Below, in pieces: positions 1-8,890 of a DNA stretch of 64,000 bases. A model generated the notes under the pieces. The model searched no databases, was not told the origin of the DNA, and saw only the letters and a list, made by a program, of their open reading frames with translations. Numbering within the stretch: the stretch's first letter is position 1; each line of letters begins with the position of its first letter. The DNA lies in assembly GCA_016931115.1 (NCBI GenBank), contig JAFGFM010000149.1, forward strand, positions 5,050-69,049. The letters run 5' to 3'. The stretch is from Deltaproteobacteria bacterium (GTDB lineage Bacteria; Desulfobacterota; DSM-4660; Desulfatiglandales; HGW-15). Position numbers and translations under genes: made by a program.

Positions 1-1838
1 AGGTCTGTTTTTATAAAATTTACCCAGACAAAAAGGCATATCAGCAGGGCAAGAATAAAAAATTCAGATATGACAAGCTCGGAACGTTTTTTCTGTGTAA
101 ATATAGTCCCTGCAATAGCCCCGGGCAGTAGCCCGAACAGAAAGGCGGTCACAATTACACCTACCTTGAGATATACATACCCGTAAATGATCTGGAAACA
201 GTAAATGACGAGCATCTCAGCTGACATGGCTGCAATGCCTGATGAAAAGAGGATAAATTCCTCCTTTTTCATGAATATGATATATATAATGCCAATTATC
301 CCTGCCGCAAAAAGAAAGATGCCCGGGGATGAACCATGTTTTGAAAACCACTCCTTATATGCGATATTCAGAAGCCTCGGTTCAAAATCCGTATTCATAT
401 ACTCCTTTGAGTCAATCGCGCCCCTGATCTGGTTTATGCGGTCATTCGTCACATTTCCATAGTAATAATTTTGTATGTATCCAGTCGCTATTGACCTTTT
501 TGCAAGCAATGAAGGGATGTCATAATTCAGGGCACGGTCACTGCAAATAAAGAATGCCGCACCACCCGGTATAATTATTACATTTTTATAGTACTGGTTT
601 AACGTGTTATGTATTGATGACAACTTTTTCTTTATTATTTCGCTTATATAGTTTTCATAGGAATTTACACTGAATGAAAGTATGCCGTTTTGCCTGAGCT
701 TTTCCCTTGTAAGTCTGAAGAATTCAGAGGTGTAAAATCGGTTCAGTTGAAAGGTGTCAGGGTCAGGCAGGTCAATGATTATGGCATCGTAACTCTTTCG
801 GGTTTGCTTGAGCCAGGCCCTGCCATCCATGCTTATTATATTAAGCCCTGGCCGGTTGTTTATCAGCCCTTCAGCCTTGGCCATATCTATGAGCGCTGGG
901 TCCAGTTCTACATAGTCGATGTTTTTCGGTTGGTATTTTGACAGTTCAGAGAGTGTTTCACCTATACCCCCTGATACAAGCAGGACATCCTCTATTTTGC
1001 CTTCAAGCTGGCTCATGGGGTAATGTATCTTCTCTTCACTCCCCTGTATATCCCCGGTTGAATAGAGGGGTGTGCCCGATTCCCAGAAGGTGTGCTGGTT
1101 GGCCTCCTTTGTAATAACAAGCCTTCCTATAGGGGTCTCTTTGTATTTCAGGATCTCCCCGTACTGCCCTGCAAGGGTCGACCTTTCAAACCCCTGATTA
1201 AGTGCATAGATATAGAATGTGGCGATTATCATCAGAGAGACAACCGCCAGATGGTTTTTCTTATACCTGATGAACATAGCGAGGGATATGAGTATAAGGA
1301 TACTCGATGTGAGTGCAATGGTCGTAAAAGGGTTAAACCAGTAGACCAGTATAAAACTGAATATTACACCCCCGAGTATGTCACCAATGTTATCTGTAAT
1401 ATAAAGTTCACCTGATGTGAAATCATGATAGTTTGCCTTAATGAGCTCAAGTGAGCAGGGCAGTATGTACCCGGTAAGTAAGGCATATGGCGCTGTGGTT
1501 ATTCCCACATACAGAAGGATCTGGTAAAACCCGGCAGATGCCCCGTGGAGAATGAGGATATCCCTGAGATATCTTATGATTATAAGCTGAGGAAATGGCC
1601 AGATTGCTATAAAGAGAATAAGCAGTGAATAGAGGGATATGCCTGTTACCTTGAATTGCCTGCATAAAAGACTGCCTGCCCCGTTAAATAAAAGCCAGGC
1701 AAAGAGCACAAGGGATATGGTAATCTCATTACCGTGAAATTGTGTGATAAATTCACGGATAGTAACAAGCTGGGTAGTTACAGAGGATATCCCTGTCCCG
1801 ATTATTGCCCACACTATCAGATTTTTGTTTACTCTCAT
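1..1838 (-). CDS. Spermidine/spermine synthase-like membrane protein (5' end complete, 3' end runs off the left edge)
   Basis: Absent from the ORF track because it has no stop in the window. Manual translation from ATG 1838 stays open to base 1. It has N-terminal TM helices, then an aminopropyltransferase core (VLLVSGGIGETLSEL...YDAIIIDLPDPDTFQLNRFYTSEFF), then more TM helices. Confidence 0.7.
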   Translation of the reverse strand, partial: MRVNKNLIVWAIIGTGISSVTTQLVTIREFITQFHGNEITISLVLFAWLLFNGAGSLLCRQFKVTGISLYSLLILFIAIWPFPQLIIIRYLRDILILHGASAGFYQILLYVGITTAPYALLTGYILPCSLELIKANYHDFTSGELYITDNIGDILGGVIFSFILVYWFNPFTTIALTSSILILISLAMFIRYKKNHLAVVSLMIIATFYIYALNQGFERSTLAGQYGEILKYKETPIGRLVITKEANQHTFWESGTPLYSTGDIQGSEEKIHYPMSQLEGKIEDVLLVSGGIGETLSELSKYQPKNIDYVELDPALIDMAKAEGLINNRPGLNIISMDGRAWLKQTRKSYDAIIIDLPDPDTFQLNRFYTSEFFRLTREKLRQNGILSFSVNSYENYISEIIKKKLSSIHNTLNQYYKNVIIIPGGAAFFICSDRALNYDIPSLLAKRSIATGYIQNYYYGNVTNDRINQIRGAIDSKEYMNTDFEPRLLNIAYKEWFSKHGSSPGIFLFAAGIIGIIYIIFMKKEEFILFSSGIAAMSAEMLVIYCFQIIYGYVYLKVGVIVTAFLFGLLPGAIAGTIFTQKKRSELVISEFFILALLICLFVWVNFIKTD

Positions 1839-1881
1839 CAGCCTTTTATGCCAGTTGCAGGTTTTATGTTTATAATAAAAA

Positions 1882-2460
1882 CTAGTGCTCCTCCTCAAAG
1901 GCCTGGACCTGATATGTATAAACAGTAAGCGTACCCTTTTTCCATTCGTTTACGCTTAAACCGGCCTTCGCGCAGAGGTGCCCTAAAAACTCCTCCTTTT
2001 CAGGCAGTTGATCCCATACCTGCGGGAGGAATGTGGCACTCTGATATCCCTTCTCAATGATAAGGCCATCTATACCCGGCTTGAGCTTGCTTAACAGATC
2101 TTCTGCATTACTGTATTTTAATTGTGCAGGTTCTGTGAGTATGCTGATCTCCACCTTTACCCTGTCCCACTCCCCCTTTGAAATGGGCGGGAACCGTGGG
2201 TCTTCATAGGCGGCATTTATTGCATTAACCCTGATGCCCTCTATAAGTGATTCATGTGGAATAATATGGCCTATACAACCGCGGAGATTGTTGTTTTTGG
2301 TGAGAGTTACAAATGTACCACGTCTTTCAAGGAACTTTTCATTATCAATCTTTTTTTCAGGCGGAATATCGCGGTTAAAGAGCCTTGCCTCAATGGTCTT
2401 TCGTGCAACTGACAGAAGGTATTCACCCTCTTCTTTTGTGAGTTTGCTCTTTTCTTCCAT
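1882..2460 (-). CDS. AMMECR1 domain protein
   Basis: LRGCIGHI hallmark motif. The track ORF extends to 2634, but ATG 2460 has a GGAGG 8 nt upstream, and the extra 58 codons encode a hydrophobic extension atypical of this cytoplasmic family. Confidence 0.85.
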   Translation of the reverse strand: MEEKSKLTKEEGEYLLSVARKTIEARLFNRDIPPEKKIDNEKFLERRGTFVTLTKNNNLRGCIGHIIPHESLIEGIRVNAINAAYEDPRFPPISKGEWDRVKVEISILTEPAQLKYSNAEDLLSKLKPGIDGLIIEKGYQSATFLPQVWDQLPEKEEFLGHLCAKAGLSVNEWKKGTLTVYTYQVQAFEEEH

Positions 2461-2729
2461 GTTTAGTACCTCCTGTTTTATATTCGGACTGACCTTGCCC
2501 TTGCCCTCTGAATGCCCCATTGCAAGACAGCCTGAGCCTGTCCGGAAAAGGGCTGGCCCGGGAATGAAAAATATAAAAAGGCAGATGGCGGGCAGAACTT
2601 GTATTATTTTTTTAATTTTTCTATATATCTTCATATGAAGGCGTCCTTAAGTAAAATTATATTATTATAATATAGTTGTCAAAATTATTAACCTCTTGTG
2701 AAGGATTCTTGCGAATATAAGGAGCTAAA

Positions 2730-3371
2730 ATGGAAAGCATGAAGAAGAAAAAACTGAGGGCAGAAAAGATCTATACAAAGCTTGACCCCATCTATACAAT
2801 GGAAAAGACCGCACTCAATTACCGGACACCATTCCAGCTTCTTATAGCCACCATCCTTTCAGCGCAGTGTACTGATAAACAGGTAAACAAGGTAACGCCT
2901 CTCCTTTTCAAGAAATTTAAGTCGCCGCAGGATTTTATAAAGGCGCCCATAGAAGATATTGAAGAGGCCATAAAATCCACAGGTTTTTACAGGAACAAGG
3001 CAAAGTCCATAAAGGGGTGCTGCGAAGGACTTATTAACATGTATGGGGGCAATATTCCGCACACGATTGACGAGATGATTAAGCTCCCCGGGGTTGGAAG
3101 AAAAACTGCAAACTGCGTACTGGGTGCGGCCTATGGTGTGCCCGGTGTGGTGGTTGACACCCATGTTAAAAGGCTTGCCATGAGGATGGGTTTTACTGAA
3201 AGCAGCAATCCCGATAAAATCGAGGAGGATATACAGAAGATACTGCCTGAAGAGAGGTGGAGACGCTTTTCGGATATCCTTATTTACCACGGCAGGGCAG
3301 TATGCAGCGCGAGAAAACCTGAGCATGATAAATGCGCGGTTGCTGATCTCTGCCCGTCAGCAAAGGAATAA
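2730..3371 (+). CDS. nth: Endonuclease III
   Basis: HhH-GPD core (LPGVGRKTANCVL), HVKRL, and a C-terminal 4Fe-4S Cys cluster (CSARKPEHDKCAVADLCPS). AAGGAG lies upstream of the ATG. Confidence 0.9.
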   Translation: MESMKKKKLRAEKIYTKLDPIYTMEKTALNYRTPFQLLIATILSAQCTDKQVNKVTPLLFKKFKSPQDFIKAPIEDIEEAIKSTGFYRNKAKSIKGCCEGLINMYGGNIPHTIDEMIKLPGVGRKTANCVLGAAYGVPGVVVDTHVKRLAMRMGFTESSNPDKIEEDIQKILPEERWRRFSDILIYHGRAVCSARKPEHDKCAVADLCPSAKE

Positions 3372-3425
3372 TCACAGGGATAGGTCAATCTCCGAACCAA
3401 GGAAGGTGTGGTCAGGTGTAAAGGT

Positions 3426-3469
3426 AAAAAAAAGGGCACCTTGCCTGGATTTTGCAAGATGCCCTTTTT
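3426..3469. terminator. Bidirectional rho-independent terminator between nth and csp
   Basis: A-run, then stem AAAGGGCAcCTTGC / GCAAGaTGCCCTTT with a 9-nt loop, then a T-run. Sits between convergent genes. Confidence 0.65.
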
Positions 3470-3482
3470 AAAGGAGATCGGG

Positions 3483-3686
3483 TTACATCTTCTTTACATT
3501 CTTTGCTACAGGACCTCTTTCGCCAGCTTCCACCTCGAAGATGACTTGCTGACCCTCTTCAAGGGTCTTGAAACCGTCCATTTCAATTGATGAATAATGG
3601 ACGAAAATGTCCTGTCCGGTCTTTTCCTGTGCAATAAAACCGTACCCTTTTTTGTCACTAAACCATTTTACTGTCCCTTCTGCCAA
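3483..3686 (-). CDS. Cold-shock protein (CspA family)
   Basis: 67 aa. [18 protein letters not shown] (RNP1) and VFVHYS (RNP2). Confidence 0.9.
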   Translation of the reverse strand: MAEGTVKWFSDKKGYGFIAQEKTGQDIFVHYSSIEMDGFKTLEEGQQVIFEVEAGERGPVAKNVKKM

Positions 3687-3952
3687 AGCTTAGACCTCCA
3701 TTTAAAAAATTGTTACATTTTTTGCTCAAAATCTTCAGGTCGCAAACTCGGCAAAAGAGTTTTACCGAATAAATCCGACCCGCGATAAGAGCCGGGCCAC
3801 AAACATGGCAATATTATAGTTCATAGAGTTAATAGTTTGTCAAGTAAAAATAATGTGCAGGGATATATGCCATTTTCGGTAAACATATACTGAAGTAATA
3901 AAATTATACTAAACTTAATATAAAGTAATGGTTCTGTATACAGGAGAGAGGT

Positions 3953-4798
3953 TTATTCAATAATCTCTGTATCAGGCTCCTCTTCCTCTTCAACACGTTT
4001 ATTATCAATGATGATTTCACCATACAATACATCAATCTCTTCCTCTGAATCAAGAAGGATGGTAACAGATTCCTTGAGTATATTATTACGTATGACCTTT
4101 CCGCTCCCCTTTTCTGTCTGGATATTCTTACCGATCTTGGGGACATTCTTTGATGCCTTATTGTAAAAATCATACTCATAGGAGAGGCAGCACATCAGTC
4201 TTCCGCACATGCCGGAGATTTTTGTTGGATTAAGTGAAAGGCTCTGTTTCTTTGCCATTTTTATGGAAACAGGGTCAAATTTGTTTAAAAAGGCAGAGCA
4301 GCATAATTCCCTTCCGCACGCACCAAGCCCCCCGACCATTTTAGCCTGGTGGCGCACCCCTATCTGGCGCATCTCTATCCTGGTATGAAATTTCTGGACA
4401 AGGTCCTTTACCAGGTCCCTGAAGTCCACCCTCCCTTCCGCAGAAAAGTAAACAACCACCTTGCTCCCATCAAACAACTGCTCCGCAGTGACAAGGGACA
4501 TGGGAAGTGCCCTCTCCTGTATCTTCTCGTAGCAGAACAAGTAGACCTCTTTCTCCATTTCCCTGTTTTTTTCATCTGTCTTTATGTCATCATCTGATGC
4601 AACTCTCTGGACAGACTTGAAATCACGGGCGCGTTCCCCATCTTCCTGCTGCCTTTGTTCTGTTGCCACAACACCAAGGGCATTTCCCTGTTCTGTATTA
4701 ACGATTACCCTGTCACCTTTTTTCAGGACAAAGTGACCCGAGTCAAAGTCATATATCTTGCCATTTGGCCTAAGCCTTATACCTGTAATTTTTCTCAT
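3953..4798 (-). CDS. PSP1 domain protein (YaaT/RicT-like)
   Basis: Cys-rich PSP1 C-terminal domain (GACGRELCCSAFL...GMCGRLMCCLSYE). Lies downstream of tmk-holB, as in the Firmicute tmk-holB-yaaT arrangement. The track start is TTG 4852, overlapping holB; ATG 4798 is preferred. Confidence 0.8.
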   Translation of the reverse strand: MRKITGIRLRPNGKIYDFDSGHFVLKKGDRVIVNTEQGNALGVVATEQRQQEDGERARDFKSVQRVASDDDIKTDEKNREMEKEVYLFCYEKIQERALPMSLVTAEQLFDGSKVVVYFSAEGRVDFRDLVKDLVQKFHTRIEMRQIGVRHQAKMVGGLGACGRELCCSAFLNKFDPVSIKMAKKQSLSLNPTKISGMCGRLMCCLSYEYDFYNKASKNVPKIGKNIQTEKGSGKVIRNNILKESVTILLDSEEEIDVLYGEIIIDNKRVEEEEEPDTEIIE

Positions 4799-4826
4799 AT
4801 GATCCTGATGCCCCTGTGCATAGATT

Positions 4827-5846
4827 TCAATTGTTAAGAGTTTTAAGCTCAAGCAGCATTTTTTCCATAAGAAGTCCTGAGTTGGGATTTCTGATAAGAT
4901 CCCTCTGGCAATCCTCTAACAGAAAAAAACTTTCTATCAGTTTATCCGCATCATATTTTGCTGCGAGCGCTGCAATCCTATCCCTGTAATCCCTGTTTTC
5001 CATCATATCATAATTGCCCCTGACCGAGGCAAGGAGTATATCCCTCAGACAAGTCTTCCAGATACCTATAACCCCGTGTAGATCTATATCAGACTGATCA
5101 TCCTGGGTCTTCTTTGAATATTTTTTCCCATATTCAAAGGCCAGCTCCACCGCCTGCTTTCCGGGCATATCCTTCAGGCCGAGAATGAGTTCTATCAACT
5201 CCCTGCGCGCATCAAGAAAACCCTCTTCACATATCTCAATAGCCTTGCCCAGGCTTCCATCAGCGATCCCTGCTGCAAGGTATGCGGTATTATCATCCTG
5301 ATTATGATGTGCGACAAGATATTCTTTAATGGTATCACGATTCAGTGGATTAAAGGGTACCCTCTGGCACCTTGAGACAATTGTAGGCAGGAGATCACGG
5401 AGGTCAACTACTTTTAGAACAATTATGTTACCGGGAGGCGGCTCCTCAAGGGTTTTAAGAAATGAGTTTGCAGCCTCTTCTGTCATCATTTCAGCCCGGT
5501 CTATTATGGTAATCCTGTATTTACCTGAAACAGGTTTATAGTTAAGCGCCCTGTTAAGCTCTCTTATTTGCTCTATCTTTATGTTCTGCCCATCCGGGGC
5601 AATAGAGATGATATCAGGAAAGTTGCCGCTCGTTAGCTGCCTGCATGTGATGCATCTGCCGCAACCATCACCTGTTGTATCTGAGGTGCAGTTCACTGTC
5701 CTTGCAAGGGCAAGGGCAGTCGTACTCTTACCAACCCCGTTTATCCCGGTAAAGAGATATGCGTGGGGTATTCTGTCACCACCTATGACCCTTTTTAAAA
5801 AATCGATAGCCTTTTCCTGGCCGATTATCTCTGAGAAAGCCTTCAC
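4827..5846 (-). CDS. holB: DNA polymerase III delta-prime subunit
   Basis: AAA+ clamp-loader fold: HAYLFTGINGVGKSTTA, zinc module CGRCITCRQ, SRCQ motif. GTG start 4 nt after the tmk stop. Confidence 0.85.
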   Translation of the reverse strand: MKAFSEIIGQEKAIDFLKRVIGGDRIPHAYLFTGINGVGKSTTALALARTVNCTSDTTGDGCGRCITCRQLTSGNFPDIISIAPDGQNIKIEQIRELNRALNYKPVSGKYRITIIDRAEMMTEEAANSFLKTLEEPPPGNIIVLKVVDLRDLLPTIVSRCQRVPFNPLNRDTIKEYLVAHHNQDDNTAYLAAGIADGSLGKAIEICEEGFLDARRELIELILGLKDMPGKQAVELAFEYGKKYSKKTQDDQSDIDLHGVIGIWKTCLRDILLASVRGNYDMMENRDYRDRIAALAAKYDADKLIESFFLLEDCQRDLIRNPNSGLLMEKMLLELKTLNN

Positions 5847-5850
5847 CTTT

Positions 5851-6489
5851 TTACCTTATTGCATCTATATAGGGGGTAATAAGATTATGTATATCCTGGC
5901 TTATCATTTCAACAGGCCTTGAGGCATCAATAACCCTGAAGCGCTCTTTGTATCTGTCAGCAAGGGCAAGATAGCCATTTCTTACCTTCCTGTGAAATTC
6001 CAGTTTTTCCTTTTCAAACCGCCCCTGTGCCTCAAGATCCAGCTCCTTGTTGCGCGCAAGTGCCCGTTTAAGGCCGATATCTTCAGGACAATCCAGGAGT
6101 ATTGTCAGGTCAGGGCAAAGCCCGCAGGCAGCCTTACTGTTTAGAAGCCCGATAAGCTCCATGTCCATCCCCCTGCCATATCCCTGATATGCGACTGTCG
6201 CATCAAAAAATCTGTCACAGATGACCCATTTACCTCTATCAAGGGCAGGGATCAATTTTTCATTCGTATGCTGTGCCCTGTCTGCCGCATAAAGTATCAG
6301 TTCCGCAAGGGGGGAAAGATGGGTGTTCTTTGAATCAAGCAGTATCTTTCTTATGTCTTTGCCTATCTCTGTTCCGCCCGGCTCAAATGTCTTTATTAAC
6401 TCAACACCCCTCTTCTCAAGATATCTTACAAAAAGATCAACCTGTGTAGTCTTACCGCAACCCTCAATACCTTCAAAGGTGATAAACAA
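5851..6489 (-). CDS. tmk: Thymidylate kinase
   Basis: FITFEGIEGCGKTTQ P-loop, DRF motif, and typical length (212 aa). Confidence 0.9.
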   Translation of the reverse strand: MFITFEGIEGCGKTTQVDLFVRYLEKRGVELIKTFEPGGTEIGKDIRKILLDSKNTHLSPLAELILYAADRAQHTNEKLIPALDRGKWVICDRFFDATVAYQGYGRGMDMELIGLLNSKAACGLCPDLTILLDCPEDIGLKRALARNKELDLEAQGRFEKEKLEFHRKVRNGYLALADRYKERFRVIDASRPVEMISQDIHNLITPYIDAIR

Positions 6490-6560
6490 TTTTTATACTC
6501 CGTATCCCTGTGTTATATATGTGCCCTATTTTTAAGAGACTTAGAAAACCTCTATATATA

Positions 6561-6639
6561 TTTTACCACGGAGAGCAGGGAGAACACGGAGAAAAAACTA
6601 AAATAATCTCAGTGCCCTCTGTGTACTCTGTGGTGAAAA
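6561..6639. repeat. Imperfect inverted repeat built from CACGGAG/CTCTGTG words
   Basis: Left arm TTTTACCACGGAGAGCAGGGAGAACACGGAG. The right arm is its approximate reverse complement (CTCAGTGCCCTCTGTGTACTCTGTGGTGAAAA). A shorter copy sits at 60698..60722. Confidence 0.6.
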
Positions 6640-6889
6640 TTCTAAGGCCTTTAACTTTTTTTTAGCAACCCGCCGAAGGAGTATATAGAAAACAGAAATC
6701 ATAATCAAGGATGGTGTATTCATAAAATACCAATTCATTGACACATTCCCTTCTATTCCATATACTCTTTCCTGTTGCTACCATTTTTATGTATCACACG
6801 ACAAAGGATTAATAATAGGAAAATAATCATTTAAAGAGGCATTTACTGGGTTGTTCACTATTATGATCAGATAATACCGGGTAAAAAAC

Positions 6890-8233
6890 ATGGATTCTAT
6901 AAACTCTAAAGGCCTGCCTGCCAGGATGATACCCATCGCGATATCAGTTATTATAATATTGGTTTTTATACTTTTCACCCCTGTACCCTCAAGCGGAGAT
7001 GCCCCCTTTTACTCAATTGCCCTGTCAAGATTCAGCAGTGAAGAGGCCGCCAAAAAGGAGGAGGCAAGTCTTAAAAATTCAGGAAACAATGCCTTTTACA
7101 GGAAAGAAAAGAACCCGGAGAGCGGTAAAATTGAGTACCAGGTATATATAGAAAGATACAGTTCAATGGAGGAGGCCACTAAGGAGGCCAAGGTGTTAAA
7201 GGACCTTGAACTAATACCTGATTACCTTGTAAAGAAGGTGGTTGACACACCGGTTATAGAAGAGCTTCCGCCTGAAACCAAAGCTGAATCAACAGAGGAG
7301 GCTCAACCGGTAAATGATATAAAACAGGTTTCAGAGGAAAACCCCGGGGTTCCTGAAAACAAGGCCCCTGAGACGGAATCAAAGATAGTTGAAGGTCAGG
7401 CACCTCCCACAGCTAAAAAGGATACTGAGGCAAAAATCCCTGAAACAGTGACCCATGAGCAGGTGCTAAAAACACCTGCGACTGAACAGGAGAATAGAGC
7501 AGGGCAGGTCATTCGAGGGACAATACCTTCGCAGAAAAAAACGGTTAAACAGGACGCTGCGCCTGAAAAACCGGAAGGACAGGTGTCTTCAACCGATCAA
7601 AGTGCTGCTGCAAACGAACCAGTAACTGAAAAAGTGACAGAAAAAAAAGAATCAATAAAAAATGAGAGCATTGATCAGCCAAAGGGGGCTACTTTACAGG
7701 TAGGCGCATATAAAGAGGAGGCAAATGCAGCTATCCTTAAAAAACAGCTTACATCCCTGGGGAGGACAGCATTTTACCGGCCTGAAACAGTAGAGGGTAA
7801 GGGTGATTTATACCGGATCTATATCACCGGATACAAAACCCTTGGTGAGGCGGTAAAGGATGCGAAAACACTTGTGGAATCGGGTGTAATTACAGACTAT
7901 GCACGCACCAGTAGTAAATTTACTTCTGCTGATATTCCCCTTGAAAACGCTGGTGTTGCTGAAAATGAAAAAGATGGCAGGATCTTTTTTTTACATACAG
8001 GGAGTTTTAAAGAAGAGGTAAATGCCCAGAGGGCTGTAGCCAGCCTCAAGGGGTCTGGTTACAAGGCGTTCCTAGTTCCTGAAAAAGAACCCTCTGTTAC
8101 ATGGTACAGGGTGTACATAGGCGATTTCAGGAGCGAGGTGCAGGCAAGAGAAAAGGGCATGGAACTCCTTGACAAAGAGATTATAACCTACTTCAAACCC
8201 GTTTCAATTGATCCCCAGGAAAATGGTAACTGA
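6890..8233 (+). CDS. SPOR-domain protein (three SPOR repeats, Pro/Glu/Lys-rich linker)
   Basis: N-terminal TM segment, then three repeats of the SPOR pattern (e.g. ATLQVGAYKEEANAAILKKQL...YRIYITGYKTLGEA). Confidence 0.8.
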   Translation: MDSINSKGLPARMIPIAISVIIILVFILFTPVPSSGDAPFYSIALSRFSSEEAAKKEEASLKNSGNNAFYRKEKNPESGKIEYQVYIERYSSMEEATKEAKVLKDLELIPDYLVKKVVDTPVIEELPPETKAESTEEAQPVNDIKQVSEENPGVPENKAPETESKIVEGQAPPTAKKDTEAKIPETVTHEQVLKTPATEQENRAGQVIRGTIPSQKKTVKQDAAPEKPEGQVSSTDQSAAANEPVTEKVTEKKESIKNESIDQPKGATLQVGAYKEEANAAILKKQLTSLGRTAFYRPETVEGKGDLYRIYITGYKTLGEAVKDAKTLVESGVITDYARTSSKFTSADIPLENAGVAENEKDGRIFFLHTGSFKEEVNAQRAVASLKGSGYKAFLVPEKEPSVTWYRVYIGDFRSEVQAREKGMELLDKEIITYFKPVSIDPQENGN

Positions 8234-8315
8234 TTGAATACCTTAAGTAAAAAATAAATAGCAATATTGTTTTTTTTATGGTACTCGGTTAAACAATTTT
8301 TGTGAGAGGACAGGC

Positions 8316-8489
8316 ATGGAGAGCAGGGATATAGGTATCGGGATAGTTATGATAATCCCCTCCTTTGTAGGGAGTGGCGCAGTATGGCACCTGAGCCACA
8401 ACTGGTTGCTTGTTGCCATATGGATAATCGCTATGGTTTTTGTGTATGGCTTAATACTTAAGAAAAAATACAGCTCGGATAAACTATAA
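8316..8489 (+). CDS. Small membrane protein (57 aa, below the track cutoff)
   Basis: GAGAGGA SD before ATG 8316. Two predicted TM helices (IGIVMIIPSFVGSG / WLLVAIWIIAMVFVYGLIL). Ends 15 nt before the next gene. Confidence 0.3.
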   Translation: MESRDIGIGIVMIIPSFVGSGAVWHLSHNWLLVAIWIIAMVFVYGLILKKKYSSDKL

Positions 8490-8504
8490 ACGAAGAGAGG
8501 AAGC

Positions 8505-8732
8505 ATGTCTGACAAACCGGGCAAGATAGAGCATTATGAAAAACAGTTTGGCATAATAGCCATAGAAAAGGGGTTTATAACAGCGGATAATCTCATTGAG
8601 ACCCTGAAAATACAGGTAGAAGAAGAGATTCAATACAAGACTCACCGGCTTATAGGCGAGATCCTTCTTGATAAAGGATATATTAACCCCGCACAAATAC
8701 AGGAAATACTTGACGGCATTTTTTCGCGCTGA
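8505..8732 (+). CDS. Hypothetical 75-aa protein with two G-x-I-T/N helical motifs
   Basis: Has an SD-like AGAGG. Contains FGIIAIEKGFITADNLIETLKIQ and IGEILLDKGYINPAQIQEIL, the same motif type seen in the CheZ-like protein at 53640..54671. Confidence 0.45.
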   Translation: MSDKPGKIEHYEKQFGIIAIEKGFITADNLIETLKIQVEEEIQYKTHRLIGEILLDKGYINPAQIQEILDGIFSR

Positions 8733-8890
8733 TTCAGGCTGTGAACCCATAAAAAAGGAAAGCCCCCATGCTAAGAGGGTTGAGGAGAGCTGGGGGCTTA
8801 AGTTGAACCATTAGAGGTTCAGGATATTTATCGGTATGCAGGAAACTTTACTTTAGTACAAACTTCACATGGCCCTCTTTTTATAGATTT

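Noticed and set aside
2234-2638. 134-aa + strand ORF.
   Set aside because: It is antisense shadow of the AMMECR1 gene, with low-complexity composition and no motif.
8276-8750. Minus-strand ORFs 8276..8524 and 8484..8750.
   Set aside because: The + strand alternatives (8316..8489 and 8505..8732) have SD sequences, tandem spacing and more protein-like composition.
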